64,000 bases of DNA from Zootoca vivipara (Eukaryota): contig NC_083277.1 of the NCBI RefSeq assembly GCF_963506605.1, positions 81,964,001 through 82,028,000 on the forward strand. Reading direction: 5' to 3'. Position numbers and translations under genes: made by a program. Below, in pieces: positions 51,101-62,239 of the stretch. Every line of letters begins with the position of its first letter. The first letter of the stretch is position 1. The notes under the pieces were generated by a model that saw nothing but the letters and a program-made list of their open reading frames with translations, was not told the DNA's origin and searched no databases.

Positions 51101-54100
51101 AGATGGTATGTTGGATGTTGTTGGGGCCAGTAATGGTGTTGTCTGGGTGTATGTGGCAGCAAAGTTGGCATCTGGGTTTATTGCAGGCTCTGGTACCAGT
51201 GTCCATGTTAAGTCTGGTGGTTGTATTATTGTGGGTGAGGAGTTGTTTAAGATTGGGTGGCTGTCTGTAGGCAATGAAAGGTCTTCCTCCCAGAGCTTGA
51301 GAAAGGGAGCGGTCATTGTCCAGGAGAGGCTGTAGATCTCTGATGATGCGTTGTACTGTTTTAGCTTGGGAGCTGTATGTGATGACTAGTGGTGTTCTGT
51401 TATTTTCTTTTTTGGGTCTGTCTTGCAGCAGGTTCTCTCTAGGTATCTGTCTGGCTCTGTTGATCTGTTGTTTAACTTCATCAGGTGGATATTTTAGTTC
51501 TAAAAAGGTTTGCTGTAGATCTCTTAGGTGAGATTCTCTGTCTGTAGAGTTGGAACAGATGCGGTTGTAACGTAAGGCCTGGCTGTATACGATGGATTGT
51601 TTGGTATGTTTGGGATGGTAGCTAGAAGCATGTAGATATGTTTGTCGGTCAGTTGGTTTTCTGTATAAGGTGGTGTCTATACGTCCATCCTGTATTTTTA
51701 TAGTAGTGTCCAAAAAATGTATTTCTTGCATAGATTGGTTCATTGTTAGGTTGATGGTGGGGTGAAAGTCATTGAATGTCTGGTGGAAGGTTTCCAGGGT
51801 CTGTTGTCCATGTGTCCAGATAATAAAAATATCGTCAATGTATCGCAGGTACAGGAGAGGTTTGAGTGGGTAGGAGTTAAGGAAACGTTGTTCTAAATCT
51901 GCCATGAAGATGTTGGCATACTGTGGGGCCATGCGGGTGCCCATGGCTGTGCCGCTGATCTGGAGGAACAGGTCATCACCAAATTTGAAGTGGTTGTGGG
52001 TAAGGACAAAGTGGCAGAGTTTGGTAGCAAAGTTCGCTGTGGTTTTATCTGAAATGGTGTTCCTTATGGCTTGTAAACCATCATTGTGTGGGATGTTGGT
52101 ATATAGAGATTCCACATCCATAGTGGCTAGTATAGTATTGTTAGGAAGATTGTTCAAATATTGTATTTTCCTCAGAAAATCTGTGGTGTCACGTACGTAG
52201 CTGGGAGCACTGATAGCATATGGTTTCAGAACAGAGTCCATATAGCCGGAAACACCCACTGTAATGGTGCCAATACCTGAGATGATGGGGCGTCCTGGGT
52301 TTCCTGGTTTGTGTATTTTGGGTAGAAGATAGAAAGTTCCTGGCCGAGGTTCCGCTGGTGTGTTTGTGAGGATCTGTTCTTGGATGTGTAGGGGTAGCTC
52401 CTTAATAATCTTGTTCAGTTCTTTTTTGTATGCTTGTGTGGGGTCTGAGTCCAATTTCATGTAAAAGGCAGTATTGGAAAGTTGTCTGTGGGCCTCTTGG
52501 ATGTAATCAGTTTTGTTCATGATGACGACAGCTCCACCCTTGTCTGCCTCTTTAATTATAATGTCTGGGTTGTTCCTGAGATTTTCTATGGCTCTCCTTT
52601 CAGCATGGTTTAGATTTTGTTGTAAGCGATGGTGTTTTCTGGTCACATCCGTTTGGATTCTGTGGCGGAAGCATTCGATGTACAGATCTAGTGTGGTATT
52701 GCGTCCATCAGGAGGGGTCCATGTGGAGTCCCTTTTTGTGTAACTTCTTTTCGGTGATAGTTGGTGGTCAATGTTCTGTTCATTGATGCGTTTGGAGGGT
52801 GATGGTTGTTCCCCAGTAAGTTGAGAGGTGTTGTGTTGTGGGGATGTAGTTTGTTCTACTTTGTCTTGTTCTTGTGTGTGATGAAAATACTCCTTCAGGC
52901 GTAAACGGCGGAAAAATGCTTCCAGGTCCCCGCAGAACTGAATCATGTGTTGGGATTTGGCAGGGCAGAATGATAGTCCCCGTGAAAGGACGGATTCCTC
53001 AGCTGGGCTGAGTGTTTGCTGTGAAAGATTGACAATGTTGTTGATCTTGTTTTGATTGGTGGCCTGTAGGTTGGAAAGGTTGCAGAGTTTTTTATTTTTC
53101 TGGTTCTTCAGTAACTCCAGTTGAGAGTGGTAAATGGTTTGTTTTTCCTTGTGGAACTTCTGCCAGGCCGGGTGATTCCTGATGGAGTTCTCCAGTGCAG
53201 AGAGTTCCTCCTTTATTAACTTCTGTTTGGAATACAGAACGCCGATAAGATGTTTCAGCAGTTTCTTAGATAAAGTGTGGCATAGTTTTCTGGCATATTC
53301 TGTGGGATAAGTTGATTGAAGAGGGTTCTTAATTCTAAGACCCTTAGGTACAATGTCCAGGTTTTTGCATTTAGATAGAAAGAGGATGTCAGTTTGTACC
53401 TGGGCAAGTTTCTTGGTGAGGTTGATGGACTTCCATTTCATGCGGCTCAATGTGGTGCCTTCCATAGTTCTGGTTACAGGTAGGTAGCCGTGTTGGTCTG
53501 GATCGAAGTAAAATAAAAAAATTCCTTCAGTAGCACCTTAAAGACCAACTAAGTTTTTATTTTGGTATGAGCTTTCGTGTGCATGCACACTTCTTCAGAT
53601 ACAGTGAAATGGAAGTTTCCAGGCACTTATGTAGAGAAGGGGTGGGGAGGGGTGGGGATGGGGAGGGGGGATCACTCAGAAGGGTGGTGGAAATGGGTGA
53701 TTGACTGACTGATAGCTGTTGATGACCGCAAACGACTGCAAATGGTTTTGCATGAAAAAGCAAGGGTTGAGATGGCTGAAGATCGCTTATCATGTATAAT
53801 GAGATAAGAACCCGATATCTCTGTTCAAACCAGGTCCCTCCATGGTTTTGAGCTTGGTGATAAGTTGCAATTCAGCAACTTCTCTTTCCAGTCTATTTCT
53901 GAAATTCTTTTGTAGTAAGACAGCTACTTTGAGATCTTGTATAGAATGTCCTGGGAGATTGAAGTGTTCTCCTACTGGTTTTTCTGTCTTCTGGTTCCTG
54001 ATGTCAGATTTATGTCCATTTATCCTTTGGCGTAGGGTTTGGCCTGTTTGTCCAATATAGAGAGCTGAAGGGCACTGTTGGCATTTGATGGCATACACAA

Positions 54101-57100
54101 TGTTAGAGGATGAGCAATTAAATAGTCCTGAGATGGTATGTTGGATGTTGTTGGGGCCAGTAATGGTGTTGTCTGGGTGTATGTGGCAGCAAAGTTGGCA
54201 TCTGGGTTTATTGCAGGCTCTGGTACCAGTGTCCATGTTAAGTCTGGTGGTTGTATTATTGTGGGTGAGGAGTTGTTTAAGATTGGGTGGCTGTCTGTAG
54301 GCAATGAAAGGTCTTCCTCCCAGAGCTTGAGAAAGGGAGCGGTCATTGTCCAGGAGAGGCTGTAGATCTCTGATGATGCGTTGTACTGTTTTAGCTTGGG
54401 AGCTGTATGTGATGACTAGTGGTGTTCTGTTATTTTCTTTTTTGGGTCTGTCTTGCAGCAGGTTCTCTCTAGGTATCTGTCTGGCTCTGTTGATCTGTTG
54501 TTTAACTTCATCAGGTGGATATTTTAGTTCTAAAAAGGTTTGCTGTAGATCTCTTAGGTGAGATTCTCTGTCTGTAGAGTTGGAACAGATGCGGTTGTAA
54601 CGTAAGGCCTGGCTGTATACGATGGATTGTTTGGTATGTTTGGGATGGTAGCTAGAAGCATGTAGATATGTTTGTCGGTCAGTTGGTTTTCTGTATAAGG
54701 TGGTGTCTATACGTCCATCCTGTATTTTTATAGTAGTGTCCAAAAAATGTATTTCTTGCATAGATTGGTTCATTGTTAGGTTGATGGTGGGGTGAAAGTC
54801 ATTGAATGTCTGGTGGAAGGTTTCCAGGGTCTGTTGTCCATGTGTCCAGATAATAAAAATATCGTCAATGTATCGCAGGTACAGGAGAGGTTTGAGTGGG
54901 TAGGAGTTAAGGAAACGTTGTTCTAAATCTGCCATGAAGATGTTGGCATACTGTGGGGCCATGCGGGTGCCCATGGCTGTGCCGCTGATCTGGAGGAACA
55001 GGTCATCACCAAATTTGAAGTGGTTGTGGGTAAGGACAAAGTGGCAGAGTTTGGTAGCAAAGTTCGCTGTGGTTTTATCTGAAATGGTGTTCCTTATGGC
55101 TTGTAAACCATCATTGTGTGGGATGTTGGTATATAGAGATTCCACATCCATAGTTTGTGGAATTTGGTGATGACCAAATTTGGTGATGACCTGTTCCTCC
55201 AGATCAGCGGCACAGCCATGGGCACCCGCATGGCCCCACAGTATGCCAACATCTTCATGGCAGATTTAGAACAACGTTTCCTTAACTCCTACCCACTCAA
55301 ACCTCTCCTGTACCTGCGATACATTGACGATATTTTTATTATCTGGACACATGGACAACAGACCCTGGAAACCTTCCACCAGACATTCAATGACTTTCAC
55401 CCCACCATCAACCTAACAATGAACCAATCTATGCAAGAAATACATTTTTTGGACACTACTATAAAAATACAGGATGGACGTATAGACACCACCTTATACA
55501 GAAAACCAACTGACCGACAAACATATCTACATGCTTCTAGCTACCATCCCAAACATACCAAACAATCCATCGTATACAGCCAGGCCTTACGTTACAACCG
55601 CATCTGTTCCAACTCTACAGACAGAGAATCTCACCTAAGAGATCTACAGCAAACCTTTTTAGAACTAAAATATCCACCTGATGAAGTTAAACAACAGATC
55701 AACAGAGCCAGACAGATACCTAGAGAGAACCTGCTGCAAGACAGACCCAAAAAAGAAAATAACAGAACACCACTAGTCATCACATACAGCTCCCAAGCTA
55801 AAACAGTACAACGCATCATCAGAGATCTACAGCCTCTCCTGGACAATGACCGCTCCCTTTCTCAAGCTCTGGGAGGAAGACCTTTCATTGCCTACAGACA
55901 GCCACCCAATCTTAAACAACTCCTCACCCACAATAATACAACCACCAGACTTAACATGGACACTGGTACCAGAGCCTGCAATAAACCCAGATGCCAACTT
56001 TGCTGCCACATACACCCAGACAACACCATTACTGGCCCCAACAACATCCAACATACCATCTCAGGACTATTTAATTGCTCATCCTCTAACATTGTGTATG
56101 CCATCAAATGCCAACAGTGCCCTTCAGCTCTCTATATTGGACAAACAGGCCAAACCCTACGCCAAAGGATAAATGGACATAAATCTGACATCAGGAACCA
56201 GAAGACAGAAAAACCAGTAGGAGAACACTTCAATCTCCCAGGACATTCTATACAAGATCTCAAAGTAGCTGTCTTACTACAAAAGAATTTCAGAAATAGA
56301 CTGGAAAGAGAAGTTGCTGAATTGCAACTTATCACCAAGCTCAAAACCATGGAGGGACCTGGTTTGAACAGAGATATCGGGTTCTTATCTCATTATACAT
56401 GATAAGCGATCTTCAGCCATCTCAACCCTTGCTTTTTCATGCAAAACCATTTGCAGTCGTTTGCGGTCATCAACAGCTATCAGTCAGTCAATCACCCATT
56501 TCCACCACCCTTCTGAGTGATCCCCCCTCCCCATCCCCACCCCTCCCCACCCCTTCTCTACATAAGTGCCTGGAAACTTCCATTTCACTGTATCTGAAGA
56601 AGTGTGCATGCACACGAAAGCTCATACCAAAATAAAAACTTAGTTGGTCTTTAAGGTGCTACTGAAGGAATTTTTTTATTTTACTTCGATCCAGACCAAC
56701 ACGGCTACCTACCTGTGCCCTTAATATAGACATTTTAAATTGCCTGCCCTGGAGTCCAAGACCAGACATAGATCACAAAAGGGGTGTAGCCCAAGACCAC
56801 CCCCCAGATACATCATACCTACATCACAGAAAAGGCGGTCTACAACAGAAATTTGAATGTTGTTGTTTTTCCTGTCTGCCAGGTTACCTGATACTGCCTT
56901 ATCTGATTGCCTTTCCTGGTAGTCTGGCCATTCCTTTGAGATGGTAATTACTTAATTCCTGAGAAAATGGGAAGGTTTCTTTCACCTCCTCCATCCTTGC
57001 AGAGAAACACTTGGTCAGCTTGGGAGTCATCATGGTTTCAGGACTGTCTTCCTGTACTGTTTAAGAATTGGTTTATATATTTATGTACGTGTTTGCCTTG

Positions 57101-60100
57101 TACATTTATGAACATTTATTATATATCTAAGACCTTAAATTCTTATAACAATGTTAATACCCCTTCTCTCTGTCTGTCTCTCTCTCTCTCTCTTTCTTTT
57201 CTCCCCCTCCTTTGTGTTGCCATAGGAGCTGAAACTGCCCGTGTACAAGGCCCATTCTCCGCAAATCGGGATGCGGCGCTATTTTGCCGACCTCTTGGCC
57301 ATCCTCAGCAACCGCTGCCAGCTCTGCCCCACAGCCCGACACCTTGCTGTGTACTTGCTCGATCTCTTTATGGACCGCTATGATGTTGCTGTCAAACAGC
57401 TATATGTCATCTCCATTGCCTGCCTCCTCCTTGCAAGTGAGTATGCTTGCCTATTAATGCATACATGCTGTTGCGGTTATTACTTGTCCGGGGGGGGGGG
57501 GGGACAAGTAAGCTGTTTATCGGTTAAATGCCCTGAGCTGATGAAAACATTTTTTATTTCAATTCATTAAACGAAATATTTATTTTGAGCAGGTACCATC
57601 TACAGCATTTTAGAAACCATGAAACAGGAAAAGACTTATTGGTCCTGCCCAGAGGAGTATGATATAGTTGACTATTGCTCTTTGCAGTTTCTGATGCTTT
57701 TAGAACAGAGTATCAACAACTTTACCTAGAATTTCCTGCAGTGATGTACTTCGTTTTTGCTCGTATGGGGAGGAGCCTGAAGCTTCAAGCTGTGCTTAAG
57801 AGAAAAGGGATTCTCAGCTGTTACAGAGAGTAATATGTTCAATTTTCTGCCCTTTAAATTAGGCCATGGGTGATGCTTTTCCTTCAGATCACCCCTTGCA
57901 TTACTGTAGTATTCAGAGCCTGTGGGGCCCATCACATTGATATTTAAATATTACTCGATAATTGTGGAATGAGCCCATGGAAAGGGGTTCCTGTTACATT
58001 TAAAGGGCACCTTTGACTCCCTGCCATATTATATTCATGGAGAGCAGATACTGTGCCAGTTTATTCTCAAACTGCAGCCCTTTCCATGTACTTGCCTAGT
58101 GATCCATCCTGAGTTATATCCTCCTAGAATCCCTTTAGTTTTGGGCCACTTTAGAAAAACATAGTTGTCAGCCTTGCAGAGAGACACATGTCCTAATAAC
58201 CCAAAGCTTCGTACAAGGGAGAAAATGCAGGTGGGTAGCTTTGGAACCGACCCTAGGAGGAGCCTTCCACAATGATGTGCCCTGTGCGTGGTCCTCTCTG
58301 ACCACTGGCCATGCTAGTTGAGGCTGATGGTGAATTGGTGTCCGCTCGAGGGATCCCACTGCCATCCAGTGCCTTCGCTCCATAAGACGCACAGACATTT
58401 CCCCTTCGTTTTTAGGAGGGGAAAAGTGTGTCTTATGGAGCGAAAAATGCAGTTTTTGCCAACCTCATGCTGGCATAGCTTGTCCTGTTAGCATGTTGTA
58501 TATATTCCTGTCCAAAGCTGCTATACTGATATAATATTTTGTCCGTTTAAGGATGAGCATTGTGTCACAGTTTTGGGGTTTTTTTTTGTTTTCTTTAAGT
58601 TAGGCCAGTCCTTGATGAGGGTGGCCCCGGTGTTTTCAGAAGCACCTAGATTCCAAGGGAGCAATCTAGAAAGGGAGATAAGGAAGTGGTTGTAAAACTA
58701 CAAAAGCAGGAGAAGCTGTTTGGTGTCTTATGGCTGCTACCCTTCCTCAGTCCATTGTCTGGCCTTTGTATTCCGCTCTGGTAAAAAGGCGGGGCAGGGC
58801 AGGGAAGAAAACTTTTCTACTGCATGTTATCTTAAATCCTGCTAGGCTGGAAAAATATTGATGGCAAATAAAAGAAACTTGTCAAACTGGAGGAAAAAGA
58901 ATTCTTGGAATTTGTTAAAGTAGAGACTGGACTGGGTTCTTCCAAGGCCTATAAATTTAAATGTTGACCAGTACCTGTTGGAAGAGTTGGGATAGTTGTT
59001 TAAATTGCACTTTCCTATTAGAAATAGTTGACATAAAATAAAAGTGTATAATCAGATAACCAGATTGAACATAACATGTATTTTCCTCCTTTGAAGTGTG
59101 GGCCAGCTTTTTCCCCATATGTGCTGGTCTTGTTATGTACTGTATTGCATCTTTATGTAAAATAATACATTGCTTTCACACATTGTGAGCTGCCATAATT
59201 TTATGCTCTGTACTATTTGTGTTGGACTAGAGCAGGCATAGGCAACTCTGCCCTCCAGACGTTTTTGGACTACAATTCCCATCACCCCTAGCTAACAGGA
59301 CCAGTGGTCAGGGATTATGGGAGTTGTAGTCCCAAAACATCTGGAGGGCCGAGTTTGCCTATGCCTGGACTAGAGCTTATCCCATACAGCAGCAACGGCT
59401 GGCTGATGAATCTATGAATTCTGGGTTTTTCAGCATTGGCTTCTAGCTGAGTTCAGGAGAATCTAGATGGAGAGAATGCCTTGAACCCAAGCGGCTTGTT
59501 CTTTCTTTTCAATAGGCAAGTTTGAAGAGAAGGAAGACAAGGTGCCCAAACTGGACCAGCTGAACAGCTTTGCTTACATGTGTAGCCTTAACCTGGCGCT
59601 AACGAAGAAAGACCTGCTGAAGATGGAACTTCTGCTCCTGGAAAATTTTAACTGGAATCTCTGTCTGCCAACCCCAGCACATTACATTGATTACTACCTC
59701 TTTGCCTCTGTTAGCGAGAGCGATCTGCACAATGGCTGGCCTATCACGTCCGTGACCAAAGTCAGAGCTTTCATGGAGAAATATTCTCACTATTTCCTGG
59801 AAGTCTCGCTGCAAGGTAATTTCTTGATCCAAAGGCCCAAGGCACACGTCTGCCTTGCAGTAGCCTTTATCAGGATTATAGCAGTCCTTAGACATGGGGA
59901 AACATTGTGTTTAATGCAAATGCCACCAAAATATTTGCCTCACCTTAGAAAAGGCATGAAATCTAAAGCTCAGGCTTTGGCAAAGGGACCTCTTGTTCTT
60001 TGAGGTCTTGTTTTGGGGTTAGGCATACTCTGGACCAAGCTAACCCACAACTCTTGTTTTAATATATGGGGGCTGGGTAGAAGCTGCCACAAGTAGAATT

Positions 60101-62239
60101 CCACTCTCGGGATTCTCCTGTTGAAGGAAAGGTGGAAATGTGATTTTCATCCATTTCCTCTTTACCCTGCAGCTCAGTAGGAGTTAGTTGTTGTCTTTTT
60201 ATGGAAGAAGTGTGATTTCAACCCTATGTTTGCCGCTGCTTACCTCAGAGCAAAGAAGCCAACCTTTGCTTCTAGAACTTGGGATGGTAAGCCTTTGCCA
60301 CCCCACGAGGAAGAAGCAAGTTTGAGAACCACTAAAAGCCACATTCCCTCCATTTTGCCCCTAAGCCAATGCAAAATTTAAAAACGAAATATGCAATACT
60401 TGGATCTTAAAGCCAGGCAATACTTTTGGCATGTAGCACTGCATGTTTGTCTGGAAGTAAAGCCCACGGAGTTTAATGGCGTTTTCTTTCCAATATGATT
60501 GCAGTCTTAAACGGTCTGTAAAGTCTGAGATCAGATGGCAATGATCAGTCAGATGCTGGGTTAAGAGCGCCCTTCGAAGCCCGATTTATTGCCCATAATA
60601 AAAGTTGCACTGCTCACACAAAGAGGCTACAGTAGATTTAGTGGCATTGCTTGCAAGAAATGCTGACCTAAGTTGACTCGTTCTCTCTCGAGCCAAAGCT
60701 GTCATTGTGGTGCCTTAGTCTCCAGCCAGAAGGCTTCTACATCACATTAGCCTGCTGCCAGACTTATTGGAAGAAGTTGGCAAAGTCTTGCCATTTATGG
60801 ATGGAGGTGCTTGGGCCTAATTTTGAAATTCCTTTTCTTCCAGATCATGTTTTTCTCTCGTTTCGGCCTTCTCTGGTTGCTGCTGCTTGTGTGGGAGCTT
60901 CACGCATCTGTCTTGAAGTTTCTCCTTCTTGGACTGCACAGCTCCAGCTGTTAACTTGTTATTCCTGGGAGCACCTTGCTCCGTGTATCGAACTCATGCT
61001 TATGTAAGTTTTGAATAAAAACAGCCACCGGATGAACTTTGCTTTATTTATGTGTTAGTTTTTTTTCAGGCGACTAATAAGTCGAATGATCTGTGCGGAC
61101 AGAATTTCAAACATTAAGATCTACGTGGTGTGACTCTTGACACCTTGTTGATTGCAAACCTGTAGCATCCCCAGTGCCCTAGCTATTTACACTTGACATA
61201 GCTGCCTGCCTCATTAATACAATACTCATGCAAAGTTCCAAAAAGCCTCAGTGGTAGAGCTGTAGAGCTGGTAAGCCCACTGGGAAACCTTATTCCCTTT
61301 CTGTACAGATGAGCGCAGTTATTTATGACATAGCTAAATTTGGTGGCCCATTCCTTTTCTTTAAAAGGTCTGGTACACACATTCAGACGCTGGTCTACTA
61401 ATTTCTCACTGCCGGTCTAGGACAGAAGATTGCAAATTGTATTTTGGTGTCTGCAACTTTTATTACAGTTAAAGGATTATTGTAAATACTATAATTTTCA
61501 ATGCGGCTTTTGGAAACATGATTCTAAAACATTCCATGCTTGCCAAATACCCTGGAGCATTCCCAGACATAGGTGTAGAGCAGTGTTTCCCAAACTTTGG
61601 TTTCAAGCTGTTTTTGAACTACAACTCCCATCATCCCTGACAACTGGTCCTGCTAGCTAGGGATGATGGGAGTTGTAGTCCAAAAAAACCCCAGCGATTG
61701 CCAAGTTACTTACCTGTCACATTTTATTTTTCTGTTTCAAAGCCCTGGCCTTTAAGCTTGTGTGTGGTTTTATTTTTTTCTCTAACAGAGCTCATGATAA
61801 GGACATCAAAGAAGCCAACAAGGAAAAGGACCGTGTGAAGCTGTTGCAGCAGCAGCAGCAAGTTGTGGAAAGCCTTACCCTTCAAACCCCGACTCAAGTT
61901 CTCTTCCAGCAATCGCGTTATCATCCCTTGGCTCAGCATTCAGCTGTCGTTTCACAGTTCCACTCCCCAATACAGGATCTGTGCTCAGCTTACCGGGACT
62001 CTTTACAAGCTCCTCGACTGAGTGGCCTTGCCTCGGGCCACCACCATAGCGATTCCCTGCATTCCTACTCCGCCCTGCAGGCCAGCTTTCAGCCTGTTTT
62101 GCAAACGGTGTCCATTCAAGGGCCTATCACCATGCAGGTAGCCATTTCAACGGAGCCTAGGCACTGCCTCGCTCTGACCTATGGCAGTAGCTATTTTAGT
62201 GGGCATCACTCTTACACAACAGGTTGTTTTGATGGATGA
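42138..62239 (+). CDS. CCNJL: Cyclin-J-like protein, 5 coding exons, ~394 aa
   Basis: Exons 42138-42200 ([21 protein letters not shown]; in-frame upstream ATG at 42123), 57226-57436, 59516-59815, 60844-61003 and 61789-62239 (1185 nt, phases consistent). Cyclin box [22 protein letters not shown]...LLLASKFEE; C-terminus [17 protein letters not shown]...TGCFDG matches CCNJL; syntenic with C1QTNF2. Confidence 0.94.
42681..42923. mobile_element. hAT MITE
   Basis: CAGGGGT...ACCCCTG termini; TSD GTTTAAAG. Confidence 0.85.
43151..43400 (-). mobile_element. Sauria SINE (internally deleted)
   Basis: AAAGGTAAAGG tail; body is the reverse complement of 49455-49770. Confidence 0.8.
43516..43650. mobile_element. 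~136-bp hAT MITE
   Basis: Same family as 19621; TSD TCCTAGAG. Confidence 0.9.
44272..44486. mobile_element. Fold-back hAT MITE
   Basis: ~97-bp inverted arms starting TAGGGTTGCCAG; 8-bp TSD ATGTAAAA. Confidence 0.9.
45342..45773. mobile_element. Tc1/mariner-type MITE
   Basis: TACCATACTTT...AAAGTATGGTG termini with GTCTTATAC subterminal repeats. Confidence 0.6.
46163..46348. mobile_element. Tc1/mariner-type MITE
   Basis: TACTGTATATTC...GAATATATGGTA termini; repeated GTCGTCTTATACGCC. Confidence 0.7.
46540..46653. mobile_element. Penelope pLTR mini-insertion with an internal inversion
   Basis: A minus pLTR tip (TACAGGTAGGTAGCC...AAAATAAAAAAAT) is joined to a plus segment starting inside the hammerhead (GAAGTGTGCATGCACACGAAAGCTC...). 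17-bp direct repeat ACTCATTGAAAACAGTT at 46525-46541 and 46651-46667. Confidence 0.88.
49069..49772 (+). mobile_element. Sauria SINE interrupted by a hAT MITE
   Basis: GGCGCTGTGGGTTAAACC head, GAGTCGGACACGACT BovB-related tail region, (ACCTTT)n end. Confidence 0.88.
49101..49446. mobile_element. CpG-rich hAT MITE (same family as 16685-17057)
   Basis: TIR CAGGGGTCCCCA; perfect TSD GTCTAGGG. Confidence 0.92.
50535..50572 (-). ncRNA. Minimal type I hammerhead ribozyme in the pLTR
   Basis: GUAU-CUGAAGA-A-GUGUGCAUGCACAC-GAAA-GC-UC/AUAC: conserved core, stem I GUAU/AUAC, stem II hairpin, stem III reduced to palindromic AGCU. Confidence 0.85.
50760..53465 (-). CDS. Penelope-like retroelement polyprotein: reverse transcriptase plus GIY-YIG endonuclease, 901 aa, intact
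   Basis: [60 protein letters not shown]; Cys-rich linker [11 protein letters not shown]; [26 protein letters not shown], with C-terminal E and GLN. Confidence 0.96.
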   Translation of the reverse strand: MEGTTLSRMKWKSINLTKKLAQVQTDILFLSKCKNLDIVPKGLRIKNPLQSTYPTEYARKLCHTLSKKLLKHLIGVLYSKQKLIKEELSALENSIRNHPAWQKFHKEKQTIYHSQLELLKNQKNKKLCNLSNLQATNQNKINNIVNLSQQTLSPAEESVLSRGLSFCPAKSQHMIQFCGDLEAFFRRLRLKEYFHHTQEQDKVEQTTSPQHNTSQLTGEQPSPSKRINEQNIDHQLSPKRSYTKRDSTWTPPDGRNTTLDLYIECFRHRIQTDVTRKHHRLQQNLNHAERRAIENLRNNPDIIIKEADKGGAVVIMNKTDYIQEAHRQLSNTAFYMKLDSDPTQAYKKELNKIIKELPLHIQEQILTNTPAEPRPGTFYLLPKIHKPGNPGRPIISGIGTITVGVSGYMDSVLKPYAISAPSYVRDTTDFLRKIQYLNNLPNNTILATMDVESLYTNIPHNDGLQAIRNTISDKTTANFATKLCHFVLTHNHFKFGDDLFLQISGTAMGTRMAPQYANIFMADLEQRFLNSYPLKPLLYLRYIDDIFIIWTHGQQTLETFHQTFNDFHPTINLTMNQSMQEIHFLDTTIKIQDGRIDTTLYRKPTDRQTYLHASSYHPKHTKQSIVYSQALRYNRICSNSTDRESHLRDLQQTFLELKYPPDEVKQQINRARQIPRENLLQDRPKKENNRTPLVITYSSQAKTVQRIIRDLQPLLDNDRSLSQALGGRPFIAYRQPPNLKQLLTHNNTTTRLNMDTGTRACNKPRCQLCCHIHPDNTITGPNNIQHTISGLFNCSSSNIVYAIKCQQCPSALYIGQTGQTLRQRINGHKSDIRNQKTEKPVGEHFNLPGHSIQDLKVAVLLQKNFRNRLEREVAELQLITKLKTMEGPGLNRDIGFLSHYT
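53565..53602 (-). ncRNA. Minimal type I hammerhead ribozyme in the pLTR
   Basis: Identical motif 3030 bp from the first; ends 100 nt upstream of the ORF ATG. Confidence 0.85.
53790..55154 (-). pseudogene. 5'-truncated tandem copy of the PLE ORF (453 aa)
   Basis: Translation identical to the C-terminal half of the 901-aa ORF; offset exactly 3030 bp. Confidence 0.9.
55175..56402 (+). pseudogene. Inverted 5'-truncated copy of the PLE ORF
   Basis: Translation identical from [12 protein letters not shown] to the stop; lacks RT motif A. Confidence 0.9.
56590..56627 (+). ncRNA. Minimal type I hammerhead ribozyme in the inverted pLTR
   Basis: Identical motif on +; predicted cleavage after 56623; AATAAA at 56631-56636. 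Confidence 0.85.
59233..59367. mobile_element. ~135-bp hAT MITE
   Basis: TIR CAGGCATAGGCAA; TSD GACTAGAG. Confidence 0.9.

Larger units (their letters stand above)
50482..56716 (-). mobile_element. Penelope-like element (Neptune-type), composite tandem plus inverted insertion
   Basis: 3030-bp unit 50482-53511; tandem partial copy 53512-55154; 20-nt filler; inverted partial copy 55175-56716. 13-bp TSD TGCCCTTAATATA (50470-50482 and 56716-56728). Confidence 0.95.
50315..57150 (-). mobile_element. Solo-LTR-like host repeat split by the Penelope insertion (parts 50315-50482 and 56716-57150)
   Basis: Once the insertion is removed, the two flanks are colinear with 26828-27784. Minus strand runs TGTTATAAG...CCTACA. 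Confidence 0.65.

Noticed and set aside
61846-61861. CAG run encoding Q5 in CCNJL
   Set aside because: Short and in a low-complexity linker; unremarkable.
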